Shown here piece by piece: positions 53,289 to 64,000 of a stretch of DNA of 64,000 nucleotides (position 1 is its first letter; every line of letters begins with the position of its first letter). Source of the DNA: the human T2T-CHM13v2.0 reference genome, Homo sapiens; the NCBI RefSeq assembly GCF_009914755.1, contig NC_060928.1. One strand, written 5' to 3'. Both the position numbers and the translations under genes were made by a program. A model generated the notes under the pieces. The model was given only the letters and a program-made list of their open reading frames with translations. It made no database searches and had not been told where the DNA came from.

Positions 53289-53898
53289 CTTTTTTTTTTT
53301 TCTTTTGGAGATTGAGTTTCACTCTTGTCGCCCAGGCTGGAGTGCAGTGACACAATCTCTGCTCACTGAAACCTCTGCCTCCCGGGTTCAAGCGATTCTC
53401 CTGCCTCAGCCTCCTGAGTAGCTGGGATTACAGGTGCCTGTCATCACGCCTGGCTAATTTTTGTATTATTAGTAGAGATGGGGTTTCACTATGTTGGCCA
53501 AGCTGGTCTTGAACTCCTGACCTCAGGTGATCTACCCGCCACAGCCTCCCAAAGTGCTGGGATTACAGGCATGAGCCACCGTGCCCGGCCCTCTTATACA
53601 TCTTTTGTGTATTTACTTGTAGACAAAGTCTTGCTCTTTTGCACAGGCTAAAGTGCAGTGGAATGAGCATAGCTCACTGTTTCAAACTCCTGAGCTCAAG
53701 TGATCCTCCAGCCTCCACCTCCTGAGTAGCTGGGGCTACAGGCACATGGCACCACACCCAGCTTTAAAAAAAATTTTTTTTAGAGACGGGGGTCTTGCTA
53801 TGTTGCCCAGGCTGGTCTCAAACTCTTAGCCTCAAACAATTCTCCTGCCTCTTCCTCCCAAAGTGTTGGGATTACAGGCATGAGCCACTGCAGCTGGC
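53289..53898 (-). mobile_element. Two antisense Alus inside an MLT1-like LTR
   Basis: Reverse Alu consensus; MLT1 sequence on both sides (~53077-54476). Confidence 0.85.
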
Positions 53899-53993
53899 CT
53901 TATATCCTTTATAAGGGTACTAGTCACATTCATGAGGGCTCTGACCCCATGACCAGATCACTTCCCAAAGGCCCCATCTCCTGATATCATCAC

Positions 53994-54407
53994 TGTGTTA
54001 GGCTGTTCTCACATTGCTATAAAGGAATATCTGAGACCGGGTAATTTGTGAAGAAAAAAGGCTTAATTGGCTAAGGGTTCTGCAGGCTCTACAGGAAGCA
54101 GGGTGCTGGCATCTGCTTGGTTTGTGGGGAGGCCTCAGGAAACTTACAATCATGGCGGAAAGCAAAAGGAGAGCAGGCATGTCACATGACCAAAGCAGGA
54201 GCAAGAGGTGACAGGAGGTGCCACACACTTTAAATGACTAGATCTCACGAGAACTCACTCATCACAGGAACAGCACAAACGGGATGGCGCTAAACCATTC
54301 ATGAGAAATCTGTCCCCATGACCCAGTCACCTCCCACCAGGCTCCAGCTCCAACACTGGAGATTACATTTCAACATGAGATTTGGGCAGGACATCCAAAC
54401 CCTATCA
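53994..54407 (-). mobile_element. Solo MST (MSTA-like MaLR) LTR with 5-bp TSD ATCAC
   Basis: TGTGTTAGGCTGTTCTCACATTGCTATAAAG...CATCCAAACCCTATCA; ATCAC at 53989-53993 and 54408-54412. Confidence 0.8.
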
Positions 54408-54715
54408 ATCACCTTCTGGGGTAGAATTTAAATATATGAATTTGGATGTGAGGACACAAATATTCAGACCATAGCATTATCTTATGTCATTTCAGTTTAG
54501 TATCTTACATGAGGTTGCAGTCAACCTATCAGCTGGGGCTGCAGTCATTTCTGAGTTTGAATGAGGATGGAGCATCCCCTTCCAGGATGACTTACTCATG
54601 TAGTTGTTGGAAAGAGGCTGTTTTTCCCTAGCTGTTGGTCTCAGTTCTTTGCTATATGGGCTTCTCCATGGAGCTGCTCACAACAAGGCAGCTGGTTTCC
54701 CCAGAGCAAGTGGTT

Positions 54716-55529
<814 letters not shown>

Positions 55530-57039
55530 GGTTGGAAGGAAAGAGATGCCACACTACCTTTCATGAACTAATGTCCAAATCATACATCATCACTTCTGTG
55601 TTTTTCAGTTTATTATGAGCAAATGAAGTCACTAAGTCCAGTACATACTCGACAAGAGGGAATACACAAGAGTGAGAATACCAGGAGTAAGAAATCACTG
55701 GGAGTCATCTTGAAGGCTGGCTAGCAATCACAGTTTGCCCCCTGACTACCAATTCTTCATGCCATTTTAACGTGCTAACCACACTCCCCTCTATCCAAGG
55801 TCCCCAAAAGTTACATTTTTTTAAATCTCATGTAGTTTTAGGTATTACTATCCTATTGTCACATCAGCTTTAAGTCCAGAATTTTGTCTTCTCAATAAGA
55901 TCAGATGTAGATGAGGCTTTCTGAGCTTAGTTCCTTAAATTCAGCTCCTAGAGTACAATTCTTCTTGATCTGTAGACTTTTGAAACTAAGGAGACAAGTT
56001 CTCTGCCCCCATGCCTGGAATATACAGTTGTGGGGCTGGCACAGGATAATCACTACAGACCTGTTCTGCTCCACTACGACTAGATTAGCCACTGCCACTC
56101 CTGTTCAAAAAGGGGGAAATTGGAAGTACAAACAAGTTGCCAGCCCACAGTAACTCTGCCATCCAGTCTCAAGGTCTAGGACTCCATGACTCCCAGTTCC
56201 ACCATCTGGGCTCCTGGTTTCATGCCCTGAGTTATACTTCCTTTTTTGTGAAATGTGGCATGTGTTTGCCAATGAGTCTTTTTCTCAGTCTGATTCCTGC
56301 TTGTACAAGTTTGGGGAGAGGGGATCCAAAGGCCTGTTCCTTTCAGTCCAATCTGCAATGTTTGTGTCAATATAATTATCTTTAAAAAACTTTATAGGTC
56401 TCCTGTGAATCTCATCGGGGTTCACTCCGTTAAACAAAAGTGCTACCTACAAATCCCTTTGAGATAAGTCCATCTCTATCTTGGGCTTCTGCTAATACTG
56501 ACGAACAAGCCTTAAGCCTTCTGGAGGCCTTGTGGTTTGACTGATGGACTCTGTGAGCCACACCATTAATCTCTTTAAGGAGCTGTTAGTCTAACTGAAT
56601 GGTATTCTCAGGCACCGTCTTTGCTTTTTTTTTTTGAGATTTTAAAGGATTTAACCGTCACATCTCAACTTCACCTTTGTTTTTTTCTGGCAGTACCCTG
56701 GATTTGATATTTGCTTGGAAACTATTACTATTTCTTAGTTTTACGCCATTTGCAATCAGGCGAAGCTGAGGACTTTAAAAATCATCCAAAGTCGTCAAGG
56801 TCCATCCCTTTTGTGTTTCGTCTTGCTTATCTCATTTATTTTACTATAAACAGCAAAAAGAAATGAAGGACAGGAGGGAGACGTTCATGGGTGCTGGACA
56901 TGTCCTACCTGTTGGTCTGGATAGAAGATGCATGGTTGTATGGATGTGTACAAAGTCATCAATGTGCACACTTAAAATGTATGCACTGTATTGTATTCCT
57001 GCTATACCTTCGCTTAAAAAAGAAAAAAAAGGTTGAATG

Positions 57040-57266
57040 TGAGTTCGGGCGTGAGAAAACAGCAGCGCGCATGCGTGAGCGTGAGCGCGCATGCGTGAGC
57101 GTGAGCGCGCTGGGAGGCCGGAAACAAAGGTGGATGCGCGTGAACAGACGCCCTCGCAGGCCGCCGGAAGCAAAGGCGTGAGCGCGCGTGCGTGCGTGTG
57201 CGGGTGCGTGAGCGTGAGCGCGCGGAGGCCGGAAGCGAGCGCTGCGCAGTCGGGTGGTCGCGGGCC
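57040..57266 (+). promoter_or_regulatory. BLOC1S4: BLOC1S4 CpG-island promoter with tandem NRF1-like and ETS/GABP motifs
   Basis: GCGCATGCG twice in a 20-bp tandem repeat (57065-57110); CCGGAA at 57118, 57164 and 57229. Confidence 0.8.
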
Positions 57267-57920
57267 ATGGAGGGTAGCTTTTCGGATGGCGGAGCGCTGC
57301 CGGAGGGGCTCGCGGAAGAGGCCGAGCCGCAGGGCGCCGCCTGGAGCGGGGACAGTGGCACTGTTTCCCAGAGCCACAGCAGCGCCTCGGGGCCGTGGGA
57401 GGACGAGGGCGCGGAGGACGGCGCGCCGGGCCGCGACCTGCCGCTGCTTCGCCGCGCCGCTGCGGGCTACGCCGCCTGCCTGCTGCCCGGGGCCGGGGCG
57501 CGGCCCGAGGTCGAGGCCCTGGACGCGAGCCTAGAGGACCTGCTTACCAGAGTGGACGAGTTCGTGGGCATGCTGGACATGCTTCGCGGCGACTCGTCCC
57601 ACGTCGTCAGCGAGGGCGTGCCGCGCATCCACGCGAAGGCCGCCGAGATGCGGCGCATCTACAGCAGGATCGACCGGCTGGAGGCCTTCGTGAGGATGGT
57701 GGGGGGCCGCGTGGCCAGGATGGAGGAGCAGGTCACCAAGGCCGAGGCCGAGCTGGGCACCTTCCCCAGGGCGTTCAAGAAGCTCCTGCACACGATGAAC
57801 GTGCCCTCGCTCTTTAGCAAGTCTGCTCCCTCGAGGCCACAGCAAGCCGGCTACGAAGCCCCCGTCCTGTTTCGGACCGAAGACTACTTCCCTTGTTGCA
57901 GTGAAAGGCCTCAGCTCTGA
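57267..57920 (+). CDS. BLOC1S4: BLOC-1 subunit 4 (cappuccino), 217 aa, single exon
   Basis: Strong Kozak GCCATGG; MEGSFSDGGALPEG...FRTEDYFPCCSERPQL*. Confidence 0.96.
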   Translation: MEGSFSDGGALPEGLAEEAEPQGAAWSGDSGTVSQSHSSASGPWEDEGAEDGAPGRDLPLLRRAAAGYAACLLPGAGARPEVEALDASLEDLLTRVDEFVGMLDMLRGDSSHVVSEGVPRIHAKAAEMRRIYSRIDRLEAFVRMVGGRVARMEEQVTKAEAELGTFPRAFKKLLHTMNVPSLFSKSAPSRPQQAGYEAPVLFRTEDYFPCCSERPQL

Positions 57921-58115
57921 CGGCCTGACCACTGCGGCAAGAGGACCCCAGCTGGGGTGCTTACCTCCAGTATGAAGTGAATTGCAAATCCTGCTTATGG
58001 ACATATATGATGTTGGAGTGTGGGATTTTAAAGTTTACTTTCTACAAACTCTCCGTAGTATATTCATGATTCAGTGTAGAATGTATAGACTTTATGTCTT
58101 CCAAGTTTAAAAAAA

Positions 58116-58230
58116 GAGACAGGGTCTTGGTATGTTGCCCAGACTGTTCGGAAACTCCTGGGCTCAAGTGATCCTTCCACCTCAGCCTCCCCAGTAGCTG
58201 GGACTACGGGGTCGCCACTGCACCCAGCCT
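58116..58230 (-). mobile_element. FLAM / Alu monomer in the BLOC1S4 3'UTR
   Basis: Reverse Alu arm; a candidate ATTAAA polyA signal follows at 58396-58401. Confidence 0.75.
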
Positions 58231-58876
58231 GTGTCTTCCAGCTCTAATCAGAAAGCTGCTTGTCGAGGGCATGGGGAATCAAACTGAATGAACTTTTCTC
58301 TGCACTGTGGCAAAACTGTTATTTTTATGGATTTTACTAAATGGCGTTACCTTTTCAAGATTTATATGTTTGTATAATCATAAGAAAATTGAGCCATTAA
58401 AGCCTTGTTATTCAATCCTAATAGTCAGTTTTCTAGAACCTACTTTTAGGGTAAATGGTACATTATTTAATATTATATTAAACCTCCTATAGCGTGGATT
58501 GTAGACCAAAGGAAATGGTACAATTTCTGAGAATATATGTTGATTTTTTGTGACTAATTCCAAAGTTGTATTTGAAAGTATGACCTCACAGTCTTCATTT
58601 GTCCATAGCAAACATATGTGTGTGTGTGTGTATATATATATGTGGGTTGCCAATGTTTGGTTTATAATTTAAATGTTAATAGAAATTTTGAGTTTTATTG
58701 GAAATGATTTCCTTCTGAAAAGAGCTTTACGTATTTCCTTGTGTGTGTTTGAAATAGACGTACTGCTCATGTGCTTTTTTAGTAGTGGGATAAAGAAAAG
58801 GGGCTTGAGTATACCTCCTTTAGAGAGCTAATGTGAAAAGCTGTAGCTTCTATTTCAGAGCATGGTATATTTCTTT

Positions 58877-59196
58877 TCTTTTTTTTTTTTTTTTTTTTTT
58901 TTGAGACGGAGTCATGCTCTGTCGCCCAGGCTGGAGTGCAGTGGCGCAATCTCGGCCCACTGCAAGCTCCGCCTCCCGCGTTCACGCCATTCTCCTGCCT
59001 CAGCCTCCTGAGTAGCTGGGACTACAGGCGCCTGCCACCATGCCCGGCTAATTTTTTTTGTATTTTGTATTTTTTTTTAGTAGAGACGGGTTTTCACTGT
59101 GTTAGCCAGGATGGTCTCGATCCCCTGACCTCGTGATCCACCTGCCTCGGCCTCCCAAAGTGCTGAGATTACAGGCGTGAGCCACCGCGCCCGTCC
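58877..59196 (-). mobile_element. AluY with ~20-bp TSD AGAGCATGGTATATTTCTTT
   Basis: TSD at 58857-58876 and 59197-59216. Confidence 0.92.
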
Positions 59197-59728
59197 AGAG
59201 CATGGTATATTTCTTTCCTCTCGAAATGGATAGTTAAATTATTTGTGTGAGTGAATGGTATTAGGATTTTCCTGCGGATACAGTAGACTTTTATTGAGAT
59301 TCAAATCTATTTTATAAGGTGGCCCTCCTAAATAGTAGATGCTAAAAAAGCATACAGCTTAGGTTGCTTTTGTGTCATTTGCAGTGTCATCAAAGATCTT
59401 TGAGGTTCATAGAGTAGCTGTATTTTCATTTAGCTGTGTGTTGTGAAGAATCTGATCATGTAATCTTGCACCTAGCTTTCGTGGACCTTCATTGTCACAT
59501 ATTTACGTTTTTTATTCAGGTGGTTCATTGACGACAAATTAAGGAACTCTGAATGTAGAAGCTGAAAGAACAAGTAACCTACATTTAATATTCAGCAACT
59601 GCTGGTACCCCTATAAGTAATTCATGTGTTTCGATGACATAGTCACTGAATATGAAAATATCCTTACATAACAAAACATTGCTAAAAGATTTTTCACTTA
59701 AAGTTAACATTCAAAAGCAGTAATTAGG

Positions 59729-60013
59729 GGCCGGGCGCGGTAGTTCACAAGCACTTTGAGAGGCTGAGGCAGGCGGATCACAAGGTCAGGAGATCGAGAC
59801 CATCCTGGCTAACATGGTGAAACCCTGTCTACTAAAAATACAAAAAAAAAAAAAAAAAATTAGCCAGGCATGGTGGTGGGCGCCTGTGGTCCCAGCTACT
59901 CAGGAGGCTGTGGCGGGAAAATGGTGTGAACCCGGGAGTCGGAGCGGAGATGACGCCACTGCACTCCAGCCGGGGCGACAGAGCAAGACTCTGTCTGAAA
60001 AAAAAGAAAAAAG
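59729..60013 (+). mobile_element. Alu (Y-like, small internal deletions)
   Basis: GGCCGGGCGCGG start, AluY motifs, A-tail. Confidence 0.88.
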
Positions 60014-60956
60014 AACTAATATCCACCTATCCACCTTGGCACTCCCACAATGCATATTCCCAGTGCTCTGTCCATCCCCACTGCTACCCAACCCATCCAA
60101 GCCACTGGCATCTCTCCTGGGCCACTCAACAGCCTCTTAAGTGGTCTCCTGCTTCCCCTTCCCCGCTCCAAGCCACTCCCGCATGTAACACATCAGCCAA
60201 AGGGGTCTTTAAACAACATAAATCAGACATATTGGGCTTTGCCTAAAGCTCTCATTAGCTTCTCTTCATATTAGAATAAAGCCCAATTTCTGTTCTCTGG
60301 CTTGAGGTGGCTCCTGCCCCCTTGCTCACTCCCCTGCAGCCTTCCCTTGACCTCGAAAGATGCCCCATAGCATCTTTCATATGAGGATATGGAAAGGGGA
60401 CATATGAACTGTCCCCTTCATAGCGCTTGTTACAGTTTGTGAAATGTGTTTGTGTCATTATCTGATGACTGTCTGCCTTACTCACCTGGAGTAACAAGTG
60501 GATGTTAGCTGCATCCACTTGGCTGCATGCTCAGCAAGCAGGTAGCACATCCCTGGTACACTCACATATCTGTGCAATAAGCGATTGTCAGAGTGACTGA
60601 GTGAATGAACGACTACACAAAATGTAGGCACTCCATAAGGAATGCGAGACAGAAAGGCAGACAGGAGAATTCAGTCAGACTAAGGGCTGGCTCAGAAATC
60701 AAGCACCATGGGAAGACTAGGACACAAAGAAAAACAAGATGTGATTCTTTCCCAAGAGCTGGGCAGGCCAGTGGGTGAGAAAGTCAGACGCCCAATCCAG
60801 TTGAGTCCAACCTAAGGTTCAGTCAAACACCACACAGACATTCCCGTGGGCTCCAATGGGGCTTTGTTCCTAATCGTGCCCTGGGATGTTGATACAGAAC
60901 TTACAAAACTATCCTTCTAAGAAGACTCCTTTTATGTGCTGAGAAGTTATCCAGAT

Positions 60957-61250
60957 TCAGGCACAGTGGCTCATGCCTGTATTCCCAGGGCTTTGGGAGG
61001 CCTAGGCCAGAGGATCACTGGAGGCCAGAAGTTCGAGGCCAGCCTGGGCAACATAGTGAGACCCCGGCTCTACTAAAAATACAAAAATTAGCCAGGCACG
61101 GTGGCTCGTGCCTTGTAGTCCCAGCTACTCAGGAGGCTGAGGCAGGAGGATCACTTGAGCCCAGGAGTTCAAGGCTGCAGTGAGCTGTGATCACGCTACT
61201 GTCCTCCAACCTGGGTAACAGAGCAAAACCCTGTCTCAAAAAAAAAAAAA
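60957..61250 (+). mobile_element. Alu (J-type)
   Basis: Alu consensus with A-tail. Confidence 0.88.
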
Positions 61251-62735
61251 TTAATTTAATTAAAAAAACCACAAACCACCATTTCCCAAAGTGACTGAAA
61301 CCATTTGACCCACTAATGGAGAATGAGAGCGTCTCCTCTATACTGTTCATGGTCCAAGGGAAGCAAGGGTTCCAGCGGTCGGGTGTGAGCCCGTGGGAGG
61401 GAACTTGGTCATCAGGAAGGATGCGAGGACCCTCTGGCTGTGGGGTGTGGGGTCCGCGGTGGCTGCAGAGACTGGTCCCCCCACACCAGGGGGCGCTGCA
61501 GGAGCGGGAAAGGCCTGAAAACAGCTGGTCCAGCCCCTGTCCTCGGGAAACTAAAGCCTTATATCCTGCCACAGTCACTGGGCACTGGAAATTCAGAGCC
61601 CCAAGATCCTGTCCATGCTCGAGGGGCTCCCAGTGTGCAGACAGAGTGGGGACGGCAGCTGCAGCCCAAGGCACAGTGGCTATATTTGCATGGGGGTAGG
61701 AGGGGAGGAAATTAGGTGAGGGAGGCAGACAGGGTGCTAATTTGGACGTGCCCTGTCTGGTGGGGGCAGAAGACAAGGCCTGTTTATGTCCACCTGGCTC
61801 TTATCTCTCCCCGAAAGGAGCACGATCATTTATTTATGTACAGTTTGTCTGTCTCCCCAACGAGGAGGAAGATTGTGGTGTTTTTCCATTTTGTCCACTC
61901 TGAATCCGTGACACCTGGTACCAGGCACCTAGCACAGAGAAGGCACTGAAAACGTACCCACTGAGGGAATGACAGGGACATTGAGGATGAGCAGGTGCTG
62001 GCAAGGAGAGCAGGGAGGGTTTCAGGGCCCACAGGCTGCTCCCCCGTCAGCCCAGCTCCCGCCTCCCTTGGCCAGGGCCTGTGGATGCGTCTTCCTCCAA
62101 CCTTCCCCCTTCCTCCCTGCTCCATCCTTACGCTCTAGATGCGGCTCATAAACAAGATATCATCGGACTTGACTCTCCTTGTCTGACCTGACAAGCATTT
62201 GTTTCATAGTAGGCGCACTCAGTCCGCTGAACCTTCATGGATCAACTCCGGCATCTGAGTGCTGTTCCCGAGTCACACCTGCCCTGTGCTCCTTTTCTTC
62301 CCAGTTCACCCTGGCTGCTGGGATCCAAGGCCTCTGGGGTCCCAAGCAAAGGGAGACATTTACCAGCGCACACCCCCCACCAACTCCGTCAAAAACATCG
62401 CCCAGGGCCCCAGTGTCCGCCCGAATCACCAAATGTCTCTGAGGTGGAAACAGCCCCAAACATCAGGCCACCCCAGGCCTGTGTCATTCCTGAGACCCTG
62501 GTCCAGGAGCTCTTCAGATGCTGGCAGCCTGCTAGTGCCTTCAAGCAGCTCTCTCGCTCTCTCTCTCTCTCTCTCTCACTCACCTAAAGAAGACAACCTA
62601 TTACTTTAGGTGTGCAGAATAATTTTACTCTTTTTTTTTTGTCTCAATCTGAGACTTGTACTGGAAAACCCAGAAAACCCATTTCAGTGTTTTCTCATGT
62701 TAAAAAAAAAATGCAAAAACAAAAAACACCAGAGT

Positions 62736-63068
<333 letters not shown>

Positions 63069-63694
63069 AGACTCCCTAAATATCTGTCGCAATTCCTAGA
63101 CTTGAAAACACTTTCTGGTAGACTTTCTTAATAGAAGATTGTTTCCTGTTACACTATTAATTGAAATAAGAGCCAGCAAGATGGAAGGGGTGTGTGTGTG
63201 TGAGTGTGTCTGTGTATGTGTGTTTGCTAGTGATGTGAGAATTAGGAGTGGTTTGGAACATGCTGATTTTCAGTTTTCAACTGCCAGCACTACTGCTTTA
63301 CAAACTTGTTCAGACATTCGATCCAAAATTCAAGAAAGATGGTAAATGCCAATGAGAGGGAGGGAGAAAAAACAAACTTGATATGTTGTATGTACTGCGG
63401 GATTTAGGAATGGGTTGACATACACAAGAATGCTCTAGAACAGAAGACAAATTATATAGCGTCGTGGTCAGACATGGCCCAAAGTTTTGTCCTGCCACTG
63501 CCTATCTATATAACATTAGGTGAGTTATCTCTCATCTCCAAGGCTCAGATTTCTCACCTGTAGAATGAGAAATAATAAATAGTATCTACCTCAAAAAATA
63601 AAACAGTTCAGAAAGACGTTTAAGTTGGAAATGTAATTGTTCTTATTTTCTTACTGACTTTTTGCAGTTTAGCCAGTTTTTATTATCTTTTTTC

Positions 63695-64000
63695 TAAAAT
63701 TGTAAAATACACGTAACATAAATTACCATTTTATCCACTTTGAGAGTACAATTTACTTGCATTAAGTACATACATATTAATGCACAACCATCACCACCCA
63801 TCCATCTTCAGAACCTTCTCTTCTCCCCCAAGTGAGGCTCTGTCCCCATCACACACTAGCTCTCTATTCCCCATGCCCCAGCCCCTGGCACCCCCATTCT
63901 ACTTTGTGTCTCTATGAATTTGACGACTCTAGGGACCTCACAGAAGTGGAACCCTGCAGTATTCATCGTTTTGTGATTGGCTTCTACCACTGAGCATAGT
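63695..64000 (-). mobile_element. Old L1M(A/B) 3' end fragment
   Basis: TAACATAAATTACCATTTT...CATTCTACTTTGTGTCTCTATGAATTTGAC. Confidence 0.65.

Noticed and set aside
57192-57266. 25-aa extension of BLOC1S4
   Set aside because: GTG start within the promoter repeats; strong Kozak ATG at 57267

Overview
Human (primate, Alu-rich) genomic DNA. The gene content matches the MRFAP1/S100P/BLOC1S4 cluster that I recall lies at chr4p16.1. Genes supported by the sequence: S100P (+, two coding exons, 95 aa), MRFAP1L1 (-, 127 aa, 3'UTR intron), BLOC1S4/cappuccino (+, single exon, 217 aa), and an intact 119-aa MRFAP1-like ORF (+; LOC93622/MRFAP1L2, often labelled a pseudogene). The first ~3.3 kb holds the 3' half of another MRFAP1-family copy cut off by the window edge. 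Its coding end is almost identical to MRFAP1L2 but has a TGA->CGA stop-loss, and it retains intron, 3'UTR and polyA homology to MRFAP1L1. The rest is Alus (including an AluYb8), solo LTRs with clean TSDs (LTR12, LTR2B, MER4A, MST), older MaLR/L1/L2/DNA elements and two long low-complexity tracts. The most interesting signal is the divergence of the MRFAP1 paralogs: loss of the FxLP MRG-binding motif, gain of a C-terminal CECC, a stop-loss copy and different NMD-relevant 3'UTR junctions. Repeat family names come from recalled consensus sequences, not from a search.
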